A stretch of DNA of 57,002 nucleotides from positions 1 through 57,002 of the forward strand of contig CAVXZB010000027.1 of NCBI GenBank assembly GCA_963765895.1. Direction: 5' to 3'. Shown one piece after another: positions 33,891 through 46,013 of the stretch. Source of the stretch: an uncultured Nitrososphaeraceae archaeon. GTDB taxonomy: Archaea > Thermoproteota > Nitrososphaeria > Nitrososphaerales > Nitrososphaeraceae. A program made the translations under genes and the position numbers. Under the pieces are notes generated by a model, which saw nothing but the letters and a program-made list of their open reading frames with translations, was not told where the DNA came from and searched no databases. How positions within the stretch are numbered: the first letter of the stretch is position 1; each line of letters begins with the position of its first letter.

Positions 33891-35586
33891 ATGTCATCAA
33901 AGAAAAATGGATCAAAAATCCCTATCCAGGGAAGTGAACGTCAGCCACTTGTTGGCTCGCATGCTGTTGGACCAATAGATCCTAATCAACAGATCGAAGT
34001 CACTGTGAGACTTCGTCGTGCAGGATCAGATGATGTAGAATCAAGAATACAAAAAATGGCAAATCAGTTACCTTCTGACCGTCACTACCTCACAGCTGAA
34101 GAGCTAGAAGCACATCATGGAGCTGACCCAGATGATGTAGCAAAAGTAGAACGATTCGCTTTGAATAATGGTCTGCAAGTAGTGAGAACTGATAATACCA
34201 AACGTGCTGTGGTGTTAAAGGGATCTGCAAGTGCTATGAATTCAACTTTCGGAGTCGAATTAAAGCAGTATCAATATTCTGAAGGCTCATACCGAGGACG
34301 TACTGGACACATACACGTGCCAACCGAAATTGCTTCTATAATAGAAGGGGTGTTTGGACTTGACGATAGACCACAAGCTGAGCCCCATTTCAGACATCAC
34401 AAATCTTCCAAAAGAGTGCAATCATCTGAAATATTAGCAATTTCTAATGGAACGTTTACTCCAGTTGAGCTGGCTAAACTTTATAACTTTCCTACAGATA
34501 GAAACGGCACTAAATTAGATGGTACTGGCCAGTGTATCGCGATATTAGAATTGGGTGGAGGTTATCGAGATTCTGATCTAGATACTTATTTTTCAAAGCT
34601 GGGAATTGCCAAACCTGATATATCAAGTGTACCTGGTACCCGTGGAGCTGATAATAATCCTACAGGAAATCCAAAGGGTCCAGATGGCGAAGTTATGCTC
34701 GATATTGAGGTAGCTGCAGCCGTGGCGCCAAAGGCAAAAATAGTAGTTTATTTTGACAAACCAGATGATCGAGGTTTCCTTGCAGCTCTTAACAGGGCAA
34801 TCCACGATACCTCAAATAAACCATCTGTGATCTCTATTAGCTGGGGCAAACCGGAAGAATTTTGGACAGCGCCTAACCGACAAGCTTTCGACGGTATGTT
34901 GCAAGATGCTCGCTGCTTTAGGAATAACTGTATGTTGTGCTTCCGGTGATAATGGCTCTTCCGATGAGAGGCCTTCAAATGATGGTCAAGGTATTCCCGA
35001 TGGCAATGCACATGTAGATTTTCCTGCCTCTTCTGCTTTCGCATTAGCCTGTGGTGGTACTCATTTGACAGCTTTCAATGGTTCAATTAATAATGAAATA
35101 GTTTGGAACGACCCTGATGGCGGAGCAGGTGGTGGGGGAATCAGCGCTTTTACTCAACGGCCAGACTATCAACGAAATTTAGTATTGCCTCTTTCAGTTA
35201 ATGGAGTGAACTTTGATGGACGAGGCCTTCCAGATGTGTCAGGCGATGCGTCACCACTTACAGGCTACCAAGTTCGAGTAGACGGACGAGACTTTCCAAT
35301 CGGGGGAACCAGTGCAGTAGCTCCATTGTGGGCTGGTTTGATAGCGTTAATCAATCAAGCAATAGGAACAAGAGTGGGCTTTCTAAATACGCTACTTTAC
35401 ACACGCATTGGTCCAAATGGAGTACTTCGTGACATAACTAATGGAAATAATGGTATAAACAATGTCAAAGTGATAGGTAGTGATCAATTAGTAGACATAG
35501 CAGGATATTCAGCAGAGACTGGTTGGGATGCATCTACTGGATGGGGTTCTCCAGATGGTAAAAAGATCATGACCAGTTTAATATGA
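33891..35586 (+). CDS. S53 sedolisin/kumamolisin-like peptidase with pro-domain (frameshift near 34915)
   Basis: GEVMLDIE (E/D), ASGDNGS, PDVSGDA, GGTSAVAP, GWDASTGWGSP. Confidence 0.9.
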
Positions 35587-36058
35587 ATCTGTTGGGCACA
35601 AACACTACACCATAGATTGGTCTTGACTAGTTCAAGATCATATTTTATTTTTATACGCTATGTACTCACAATCATCAAATCCATATCACTTTATTAAATA
35701 ATCATTAGCACCTCAGTGCTTCCATTCTCCTCACATAATAGGGCGTGAAGAACTAGAACTAAATTTCAAACTACTAAGGGAGAAAATTTCTTTCAGCTAT
35801 GGTGCCTCAATCTGGACTGCAAGAAAAATTACCCCCTTTGCAATTAGATTGAGTAGTAGGATTTTGCAATTATTAGCGAATTTATTTCTATCTCAAGAGC
35901 CGCATCAAATATTTTGATGTGGATATGATAGCGCTACATGGTAATCAATAATCTTCCATTATCTGCTTATCCTTTCATATTCATGCATATTATATTCCAA
36001 TATCAATGGAATTCGTGACAAATCATAAATGGAATCATAATAATTAATTAGAACAGCT

Positions 36059-36853
36059 TTGAGTCATGTGATCATGAAAACAAAGACGCTAAGAATAAGT
36101 CTAGTTGCACTAGTATCAATTTGCTGCCTTACAGTCGCCAGTGGCTCATTTCTTTCAGTAAATGCTCAACAGCCTAATTCCAATTGGCTTCCCATTCTAT
36201 TGATACACGGTTACGGCGAGGATTCTAGAGTTTGGAATTCATGGAGATATTGGTTGGGGGCTGATAACTTTTCGGGGGTATATCCAATAGCATTCAGTGA
36301 TGACAAGTGTGGATCCGTTGAAGAACATGCAACGGAATTAAACAATATAGTAAATGGAATTCTGCATGATACTGGTAGTCAGAAGGTCAATATAGTTGCG
36401 CATAGTAAAGGTGGTCTAGATGCAAGATGGTACATAGCACATGGTGGCGCTGATAAAGTAGCAAATCTAATCATGATTGGAACTCCAAACTCTGGTTCGC
36501 CTGTAGGGTGGATAGACTTCACAGGATGTCTTCCTGGCTCTGATAGTGATCTGATTCCAGGGTCTGCCGCTACTCTGGTAGTAGATCGACCTCAAAGTAC
36601 CCACTATTATGCTATTGCTGGGAATTAGATACCGGATATGTGTTTGTCTGGCACTGTATGGATACCGGTACCAGACGGAGGTAATTGTTTTATCCCAGGC
36701 AAAGATGATTATTTGGTACCAGTTTATAGTGCTGAGTCAAGTCCTCGTTATCATTACACCCAACTGGGCCAACCTGTACCCTATATACACTTTGATCTGC
36801 TAGAACATAGAGACGTATATGAAAGAGTAGTCCCGATATTGAATGGATTATAG
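36059..36853 (+). CDS. secreted lipase/esterase (AHSxGG type), interrupted near 36630
   Basis: LLIHGY, VAHSKGGL, GTPNSGS, DDYLVP...HFDL. Confidence 0.8.
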
Positions 36854-36952
36854 ATCTTGAAACACTCAGCAAATGACAGTGTAACAGAAAAGCCCTAAGA
36901 TATAACTGGAGAAGTAGCGGCTTAAAGTCAGGTCGCAATAATTAGCGCTATT

Positions 36953-37011
36953 AAGGGGATGTTTTTCTTTCAGTGCGCTCCCACAGCCAGTGAAAGAAAT
37001 TTTCCCCCCTT
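36953..37011. repeat. imperfect ~60-bp palindrome family (also ~33609-33663, ~35770-35838, half copy 40374-40400)
   Basis: AAGGGG..TTTCTTTCA / TGAAAGAAA..CCCCTT arms. Confidence 0.65.
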
Positions 37012-37154
37012 GTCCTTAATTATTTTATCCTTGATCATCATGCGGTCTAAAACCTTCTGGGTTTATGACATGCTAATCCAATTAAATTGGTCTTGTTATT
37101 TAGCGTAGCTGATATCTACTTTGATTGATTTAGTGTTCTCTGTATAGATATCAT

Positions 37155-37400
37155 TAAGATTGTAGGCTGCTATATATTTTGCAAAGACTTCTTCTTGCTC
37201 TAGCCCTAGTATAACGCAAAGTATGTTCTCCTGGAAGAAGAGGCTTAAGCATTATCCACCAACCATGCGTAATCGCTTTATCTGGCCCTTCAGGTTCTCC
37301 CCAGATGTTATCCTTGGGTAGAGTTAGATCGAAAAGACCAGATTGACTTTATGTGCCTCATCATTCTTCAAATGAAGTGGTCTTCCATCTAGAGTAGTAA
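37155..37400 (-). pseudogene. relic of a thaumarchaeal hypothetical family
   Basis: FDLTLPKDNIWG...AITHGWWIMLKPLLPGEHTL. Confidence 0.5.
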
Positions 37401-37903
37401 CCTATAAGGAGGTTCTAGGCAAGTCAAACCTAATGATATATTGAAAACCGTCTTTATCATATTTCCTCAGAAACCTCCATAACGTTAAAATGTCTGACAT
37501 ATCAATAAAAGATTATTCCTGGCGCGCAGGATAAGTAGTTTGATTAGTAAGAGATATCTACCTTGGGGTAGGACTCATTTGAAAGAAAAATAATCGTACT
37601 TATTTTTATAGGTTCGTACGATCGCTAATCTTTCTGTCCAGGTATGCAGAATTGAATAGCTTTACCCTATTCAATCAAATATTATTTTGCGTACTTGAGA
37701 TCGGGCCCTACGTTATACTATACCAATTTTGTAGTAAGGATGGAACGTATTCTTACAGCTATGTGACTTCAGGAGGATACTTTAGGCTAATAGTTAAAGG
37801 AACTAATAGTCAGAAGGATATTTCGTTCAATGATAACTGTAAGCTGGAGCTGGATATTATTGGCCATGGAGTGAGTTGAACGAAAAAAAAGCATTACAGC
37901 AGG

Positions 37904-38221
37904 ATGGGAGTCCTATACCAAATATTGAAAGGGTTACGAAATTGCCCAGAAGGGCTAAACTGCAACCAGCTCCAGGGATGTATACCAACAGTCCAAAACT
38001 GGACGAGATTTAAGGGCTTGTATCTAACTAAACTGCTGAACTGTGGATGGATCAAAATAATGCCATTCCACCAACTTTACGGACAACGAAAATTTGTTCT
38101 GACGAAAAAGGGTGAAGAGGCTCTAAATTCATTTGATAATCTTCTTTTACTTGGTCTTGACATAACAAATGAGGATGCACAAGTTATAAACTGTATTGAT
38201 ATAGCGACTCATCCAAAATAA
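37904..38221 (+). CDS. winged-helix DNA-binding protein
   Basis: LYQIL...YLTKLLNCGWI...FVLTKKGEEAL. Confidence 0.7.
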   Translation: MGVLYQILKGLRNCPEGLNCNQLQGCIPTVQNWTRFKGLYLTKLLNCGWIKIMPFHQLYGQRKFVLTKKGEEALNSFDNLLLLGLDITNEDAQVINCIDIATHPK

Positions 38222-38490
38222 CTAGCTATACCTCGCCCGCTTAGATATAGTAACAATAATTTGATATAATTTATACAGACTCCCGTTGAAGATAGTCTGG
38301 ATATATATACAAATCGTACATAATTTACTAGTCCTGAAAAATTTTCAGTAGTCCCAAAAAAGTTCAGATTTGCCTAAAATAGTCGAAATCATCTCAGTGT
38401 TATGAGATCCAACAGATTTCAAACAAAAGACAAGATATGGACAGATATTAAGTTAAATCTTACCAGCTCGAATAGGCAGGCCGTTTTGTA

Positions 38491-39350
38491 ATGACTCTGG
38501 ACTTAAATGCTTTCCTTAAAAAGACTGGAGAGAAATCAGTTCAAGAACTTGACTCGAAAACTAACGAATCACTAGAATTAATCGAGAGAGTACGACAAAG
38601 AGCAAGTGCACTTAAGGAATGCCTTGGATCACCCGCTTCGCCAATTTCAATAGTCGCAATACTGAAGGACAACCCATGCTTGCTGAAGTGTGACACGAGA
38701 TACAAGACTACCATTACCACAATGACATAGATTCATTATACTCTGGGCGCCACGACTGGGTAAGAAAGAGGTTAATAGAGGGGATATTAGACAAATTTGA
38801 AGATCTTATTCTTGTAAGATCCGAGCACGGCATTATAAACGGAAAATTAGATGTAGCAGTTTTCCCAGACAAAATCCGACTTAAATACGGTAGAAGGCTT
38901 ATAGCAATAGAAATTAAAACAGGAAGATGGGTGGACAGCAGCCTATTCAATCAAATTGAACGATACCTGTTAGAGTTAGATGTATTAATAGTCGCGAGAG
39001 TGCCAACGGAGGATGTTGTAGCAATACGTAGATCTCCATTGGAAGATATTTTGGAAAAAAATTTGAACGTTCTTAGCAGAAAGTCTCACCGGATATTGTC
39101 TGGAAAAAGGATAAAAATTCCTGGGGATTGGTGCAAAGGTTGTAAGGCAAACTGTGAATTCAAGAAACCACCAAGATGGTCTGATAAAAACAGTAACGGC
39201 TCACTAGAAGGGTATGAGGATTTTACCAGACAGACAGATATCATAATAGAAAAAATTCTTATCAAACTGCAGGAACTGTTCGGACTTGCAGAAGAAGAAA
39301 CTACTGAAGATGCTACCATGAATACTAGTAATGCAAGTCTACCCCCTTGA
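38491..39350 (+). CDS. solo Cas4-like PD-(D/E)xK nuclease with probable Fe-S staple (frameshift near 38720)
   Basis: NPC / SGRH...GKLDV...IEIKTG...QIERY...PGDWCKGCKANC. Confidence 0.65.
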
Positions 39351-39427
39351 TCAAGGAGGGGTATGGAATAGTGAAGTAAAATGAAAATTTCTTCCGATGC
39401 AATCTATTCAGACAACACGCTCGAGGA

Positions 39428-40236
39428 ATGGCTTTGAACCAAGGAAAAACAAGGAAGTGTGAGAAGTGTGGAGGAGAACATACTAGACTAGATAAACTGA
39501 TATGTACGAGGTGTAGACGATTCGAAGAACCAACAAACTGTACCTGCGTGATATGTGATCGACGATTCTACGAAGTCCCAGCTAGAATAAGAGCTGGACG
39601 CGGGAAATATTGTGATAGGTCATGTAAGCTTAAAGGTGAGGCGGCTGAATTCGAGATAAGAAATTGTAAAAGATGTGGAGAGGAGTTCAAGGCTCGTATT
39701 ACACAGTCTGGCAAAAAATGGAACAAGGGACAGTATTGCTCACAGAAATGTATTATTCCATACCATGCGGGAAAGAAGCGTCCGCTTACCGCCAAGTGGC
39801 TAGAAAGTGTGAGAAGGTCAAGGGATGAACTTCGTGGTAGACCAAATCCGAAAAACACCGGTCCGCGTAACTGGTCCGAGGAAGTGAGAGAAAAATGTCG
39901 AAAACATAGACTCTCGCAAACATTTCTTAAATCAAATACAGATATAGAAAAAATACTTGCTCGGCAATGGATAAGTTGGGGTTGAAATACAAACATCCTT
40001 ACAACCTAGGAAATAAATTCCAATGCGATTTTGCTTTTCCTGATAAGAAAGTGATAGTAGAAGCTGATGGAACATATTGGCACTCTTTAAGTAGAAACAA
40101 GCATTTCGACAAACTGAAAAAAATGTATTGTGAATCACATGGTTGGAATTTACTTCGTTTCACTGACTATGAGATAAAGAAGCAGATATCTAATTGCATT
40201 ACAACTATTTGCGACTTATTAGCTAGAAGTTCTTAA
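39428..40236 (+). CDS. Zn-ribbon repeats + NUMOD3-like + DUF559/Vsr-type endonuclease (frameshift near 39965)
   Basis: CxxC..F...KYCDRSC repeats, WSEEVREK, TDIE / CDFAFPDKKVIVEADGTYWH...GWNLLRF. Confidence 0.8.
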
Positions 40237-40765
40237 ATTTTACTGCCGTACTACAAATGCAGTCATAATGGGTGATTGATTTAGTGTTCTCTTTGTATAG
40301 ATATCACTAAGATAGCATTCAAGATTATGAGGCCCCCATCTGCCTACACATCCAGAATTTGCTTTATTCATAGACTACTAAGGGGTATTTTTTCTTTCAG
40401 GTACGGTCATCTTTTTCAAATACTTTGACATAGGTATCATAAGATATCACCTTCAATTCGCCCTTGCTGACCATTTCCTCATACTTGTATTTATATTATG
40501 GATCGTGACCTAATTTTCAGGTGTGTTAAACGTATTGCATTTTAACGGAATTATTATGTTGATTTGCATCAACTAATTGCTACTATCTATAGATATCATT
40601 AATTGGCAAAGTCGACCGATGTTAAGTTCATCATGAGTCCTGATAGTTTTACCTATCAATAGGATCAGCTACCATGACATATGAATTAGAGGATCACACG
40701 AGCTGGCGTGTCTATTACCTGAGCGATGATGACAATGTTCGTGTCATTATAATACAATTAAGGTC

Positions 40766-40947
40766 AATCTGACCCATCTGACGTATCTGACACTTTAGTA
40801 GATGCGAATCTTGAACCACGTACAGCCTTGATTGCATTTCAACTATCTGACCTATCTGACACTCCCCAACTTGTAATCTCGCATCGCATTGAACTATAAC
40901 TGTATTGCAGCCCAACGACCTATCTGACATATATGACATATATGACA
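40766..40947 (+). repeat. 9-bp iteron-like array 1
   Basis: TATCTGAC(C/A/G)-type units in clusters at 40766-40792, 40844-40861, 40921-40947. Confidence 0.85.
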
Positions 40948-41148
40948 TCATACCCGGAATAGGATTCACTTTGATTGGCTATGAGAGAAGCTACAGTCAG
41001 GTTCCGATATGAAACAGTCTTTTGAGATATGAATCGAGCCAGAGCTTGAATATTTGACTCTGACTCTTATTTTCGGACTCATGTTATACAGGATGTGTTG
41101 AAGCTGGTTTAACGTATTAGAAAAGATACCTTTGTCTTGATTATAATA

Positions 41149-42538
41149 TTAACATCCTTCGAGTATCTTCAATGCATCTTTTTCTCCTTGTTCAATTAGC
41201 ATCTTTATGGAATCATGAGTAAAGTCTGTAGCTTTGCTGGCATAATCCGCTTCCTTACCGGGTACTAGCATCTACGTCAGATGCACGTTCTATTCTTATT
41301 ACCTGTTTTAATGTGAATTTGCCTTTTATTAGATCTTTGTATTTTTCCCGCCTAACTTCTCGTGTTTTACTTTTTTCTTCAGCAATCGTTAGAAACTGCT
41401 CAAACCCATTTTGAAATACCATACCCTCATTTCTATTAGTAAATTTATGTATTAATTGTATGGCGCCAAGCAATGTTTCTTCCAAATCATTGTAGTCTGT
41501 TACAATATCTGTTACCATTTCATCATAGCCAGAATTCCTGTCTGAATATGTTATATCATTAAATCTATCATTAACCCCGTCATAGTCAGTTGGAATAACA
41601 TCTTTTTTGGAAGGATGTACGTTTACTATATATACATCGAGATCTGGAATTTTAGCTTTAACATTATCTACTACTTTAGTCCAATACTCCCTATGTGCCT
41701 GCAAGAGTTCTCTAAATGGTGTATTATTTAAAAAACCTCCATCATAGAAACTTCTTCCACCTATTGCCCTGAACTTATAGAAAATAGGTATCGTACCGCT
41801 TGCCATAACGTGATCAATTGTAATCCCATCACTTTCATACACTGAATTTTCAGAATCATCTTTTGTATGATAACTATCAAATGTCACTGTCTTTCCTTCA
41901 GATACGTCTACACTAATGACAAGTAGACGTGGTTCTCTTCTACTCCAACTAGTGGCTATTCTTAACTTTTCATTATCTTTATCTTTTGAATATCCTTCGA
42001 TGGTATTTTGTAAGGGATCGATATCATGTAGATACCATTTATATAATGGATCTGAATCAGCATACTTGTAATCAACTTCTGCCTCTGGAGCCGAACATAC
42101 GTTTGGAGTTCCTTGCTCTTTGTACGCTTTTACTGAATAATATCTTCTCAGAGCCTCTTTAGATGCCCTAAACATTTTTTGTTTTTCTTTATCATTCAAC
42201 CATTTGCTGATATCAGGAGTGGACGAAAGACCATATTGCTGGTTCCCCCAAAAATCTTCAAGTATTTGTACTGCTTCTTTCCAGCTCTTATGTCTGTTGA
42301 CTACATTGCTTACAAGCACTGCGGCGTTCATTGCACCCATGGAACTGCCTGCAACAATATCAAATAGCGGCCCATTTTCCGTGTCGTTTCCACCACTTTC
42401 AAGAAGCTTTTTACACAACACTTTCAATACACCTACTTCATAAGCACCTAATGCTCCCCCTCCTTGGAGTACCAATGCCCTCTGTCTATCAGGAATATTT
42501 TGGTCCTTAGAGCGTTTTGAAGAATTTTCCTCTGTCAT
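41149..42538 (-). CDS. patatin-like phospholipase (frameshift near C-terminus)
   Basis: LQGGGALGAYE, GSSMG, DGG..NNTP. Confidence 0.9.
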
Positions 42539-42690
42539 TTAATATTCCTTTAATAAAATTGCTCTTCTTATTTTATAGTACCGTGATTCTATGTGTTATT
42601 AAAATCTGCTGCTTATATTTCATCATTAGATCGAATGACAACTGTAAGCTCAGTATTGATGAAAAATGAGTAGGAGGGCGCACGCTCCAC

Positions 42691-42870
42691 TATCTGACCT
42701 ATCTGACATATATGACGTTTCTGACCCCCTAGCAGCGAATAATCTCTCATCATATAGAACTGTTGGAATTGTACCTATCTGACGTATCTGACCTATCTGA
42801 CATCAGTATGGCAGACAGTCTCTAGTTATACAGTTCCCCCTTCTGTCAGGACTATCTGACCTATCTGACA
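42691..42870 (+). repeat. 9-bp iteron-like array 2
   Basis: Clusters of 4 (42691-42726), 3 (42776-42802) and 2 (42853-42870) units. Confidence 0.85.
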
Positions 42871-43894
42871 TCAGATCCGGTAGTACTCATATCGTTAGAA
42901 TCATAAAATTATGATAGATAGCTAAAAGGGAAAAAAGTAGAGATAACACTGCCTTCGATCGTCGTTGTCAGAAGAAGTAGAAATCCCTTTATTAGTCTTA
43001 CAAGAAGCAAACTAGCATTGAGATTATCAATTGTTACAAGCCCTTTCAAACTTTGAGGGTCGAATTATCAAATTACATATAGTATAATTATAACTTTGCA
43101 TCCATATTATTTCTATTGTGGATTACAAAACTTATATCTCAATAATAGTTAACTAGAAAATGTAATACTATACAAGAACTACAAACAGAGAGTTCATATT
43201 ATTAGCCTCTCAAGTATTACTATATGGAGGAGTGGGACTAGACCACCAATGTTTTCATATTAAGATGTAACAGTTGCTGGCGAACAAATAAGCAGGTCAG
43301 AATTATCCGTACTTCGCGTGAAAAATACTATTGCGAAGAGTGTTTGAATAAGTATGATCTATGTCATAGCTAACATATAACTAAAATGAGAATATATAAT
43401 AGTAATAATATTCTATGAATGTTAGATTTCTATCTAACAGCAACTTCTTTCACACAAAATCTGTTGTAAGGGATTTTATATCATATGCTAAAGGTGCTCT
43501 TCATTAAGTCCTGCTAATATCTATAAAGGGCGGATTCTATAAACTAGTGCCACAGCCGCCATCTTCTTAACCCTTTGTATATGCAAAGTCTTTTCTAATC
43601 TAACTTCAGAGATACTGCCAGTGATGACTATTTTATCTCTCCTCTACACAAATGTTGTCTCATATAGAAGATCGTTCTGAAACCATCTGTGACGACACAG
43701 TCACACATTCTTCTATAACGTTCTTCCGTTTTTGATCTGCTTTTTCCTTTGCAACTTGTTTAGCCTCATCCTTAAATTCATTTGGAATATTGTTTTGAAT
43801 AGTCGTTTTAGACCAGATATCGATTAGGTCTTTCTTTATTCCGAATATCTGAAAGTCCTGCGTGCGGCACTCTGGGAAGGGAAGGTCAATCATC

Positions 43895-44103
43895 ACGGAC
43901 ATTTCTATAACGTTATAGCCACATTATCTTGCACGTCACAGATTCCGATACTTATTTCAACGCCAAAGTCGGCCGGACAAATGGCCGATGGAGCCCTTAC
44001 ATGTGTATGTCCTGTTCTGTATCTGCTTCATACTGGAATCCCTGGTTTGCGTGCATCAGCAGCTTGCAGTTGGGCGATCTCCGACTCCATTGGTGGCGCA
44101 TGT
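43895..44103 (+). pseudogene. internal fragment of an LLM oxidoreductase paralog
   Basis: High nucleotide similarity to ~15273-15495 (CAGATTCCGATACTTATTTCAACGC...GATGGAGCCCTTACATG...). Confidence 0.85.
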
Positions 44104-44104
44104 T

Positions 44105-44468
44105 TCAATAGCACTAAAATGACACCGATGACAATGATGACAGTTGGGATACCACCGTATGGTTATCTGTCATCTCACGTTTAGGCTTTGAAAATAACTC
44201 CTCTTAAGCTATAGAAGGCGGGGCCAGAAGAGAACAACCACTGTACGTCACAATTTTTCATCAGAATTGAAATCTTGTTTCTGAATGTCCCATAGGGTTA
44301 TCTTATATCTTTTACCATCTACTTCAAAGTCTAAAAAATCACGAAAACAAAATGGTCTCCTCGATTAGCACTAGTCTTTGCATATGCCTCTTCATTGCAT
44401 AATCTAGCTTTATCCTATCCATTAATTTTTTCCCAAAATTCTCAGCACCCCGTAGGTGTCATTGTCAT
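44105..44468 (-). pseudogene. N-terminal relic of Rep-like family
   Basis: Matches 45660-46013 (CCATCTACTTCAAAGTCTA, ACCACCGTATGG). Confidence 0.75.
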
Positions 44469-45010
44469 CGTTAATTTATCGGTTCGAATTCTCAGTCTGT
44501 TCTTTATTTGGATATTAGTTATACTCTTATTAACAAAGTCAGATTTCGCGATGAAGGAAATGCTTTTGACATGCTTACTCCAAAACGCCTTCAGATGGTC
44601 GCATAGAGTATCATATTGAAGTAGAAATAACAACTCGGATTTATCTTCTTGGTCAATATTGGGGCGCGCATTTAATTTGCATTTTTAGTTCCTCCACTTT
44701 TGCATGTTATTGGTTACTCTCGCTTGACTTAGACTCTAGCTCTAACGCATTGTCTGCAGGAAATTAGATCCTTCATTAGCAGATCCTTCATTTTTTATAG
44801 TGTTCGAGTCAGAACCTGGTATTGCTACTTTTCGGCTACTGAATTTCCGTGAGCATTTATCATAAGTGGGAGAGCCTCCTTCTCTTGTTTTAGAGAACGA
44901 CAATTTGTCGTTCTTCTCCTCCTTTTGCCTGTGGGATTTGTGTATGCTTTTGCATTTTGTCTTAATTTAATACAGCCAAAGAACGAACAATACTTCAATA
45001 TTTTTCCCAC
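44465..45010 (-). pseudogene. relic of 284-aa ORF family
   Basis: NDKLSFS palindrome at 44894-44914 and the same 3' junction. Confidence 0.6.
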
Positions 45011-45076
45011 AGACGTGATCAGAGGACACTAGTTGCTAACATGCAGGGTGAGTCGAGGGGGCGCGCAAAAATCTGA

Positions 45077-46013
45077 TCATGTGTGCAACTTCTCATGTAT
45101 AGCAACATCTAACCTTACACCGGGATATTCTTGACGCTCTTTTCTGATCTTAATTCCATTACCATCTTTCATGTCCTTTGAATAGATGCGAAGTAATGCA
45201 TGTTCTCCGTCCTCCCATGTCATCTCGAATTTGTCACCCGTATATTCACTTAAAGAATCTGTGCCAAAGTGCCACATCGTTACAATCCAAGAACCATGAT
45301 CCGGAATTGGACTTGACGCGGATGATGACAGTGACAGTGATGGAGGCGCGCATTCTATATATCGTAACAATCTTTCTTCTGCACGAGTTAAAGCATTAGA
45401 AAGTCGTACAAGGCCCCTGATATCCACTGCAATAGGATTTAGAGAGCATGCAACAATGACACTAACAGTATCTGTATGATGTATAGTAGTCTTAATGGTA
45501 AGGTCGTGAGTTTCTATAGGATCTAGTGATACATCTTTACTTACCTCATTTGGTTTTAATTCTGGATGATTAGTGGTTATGACACTCCAGATATTATCAA
45601 CCTTGAACCTAAACCGTATATCATGTAAGGCATGTTTGTCTGCGGGTAAAGTATCGATGAATGACACTGATGACACAGATGACAGGGAAGAGACCACCGT
45701 ATGGTGGCCTGTCATTCCCTTTCTGGGTTTAGTAAAGGGATAGCCTTTTAGACTGTAAAATGCAGGACCAGAAATGTATTCTAGTTGCGCGTAACCACTT
45801 CTTACATATTGCGAAATCTTATTTCTATATGTTCCATATGCCATACCATATTTCTTGCCATCTACTTCAAAGTCTAGAAAATCAAGATAGCAAAACGGTC
45901 TATTCTCGACTCGTCACTATCCTTTGCATATGAACCTTCATTGGATAATCTAACTTTGTCTTGCCCATTACATGATTCACCAGACTGGGAATACCATTAC
46001 CTGTCATTGTCAT
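45077..46013 (-). CDS. wHTH + putative divergent Rep_trans-like replication initiator (frameshift near 45915)
   Basis: Start overlaps upstream stop (ATGA); RPFCYLDF..GTYRNKIS...AFYSLKG wHTH-like; VTMWHFGTD and LLRIYSK...RKE. Confidence 0.5.

Larger units (their letters stand above)
37122..40313. mobile_element. candidate inserted block bounded by ~40-bp direct repeats
   Basis: TGATTGATTTAGTGTTCTC(TT)TGTATAGATATCA(T/C)TAAGAT at 37122-37160 and 40273-40313. Confidence 0.5.

Noticed and set aside
40766-42870. CRISPR array interpretation of the clustered repeats near the Cas4-like gene
   Set aside because: Units are 9-bp tandem repeats with variable copy number and 50-60 bp gaps, not constant 24-40 bp repeats with unique spacers; no cas1/cas2.
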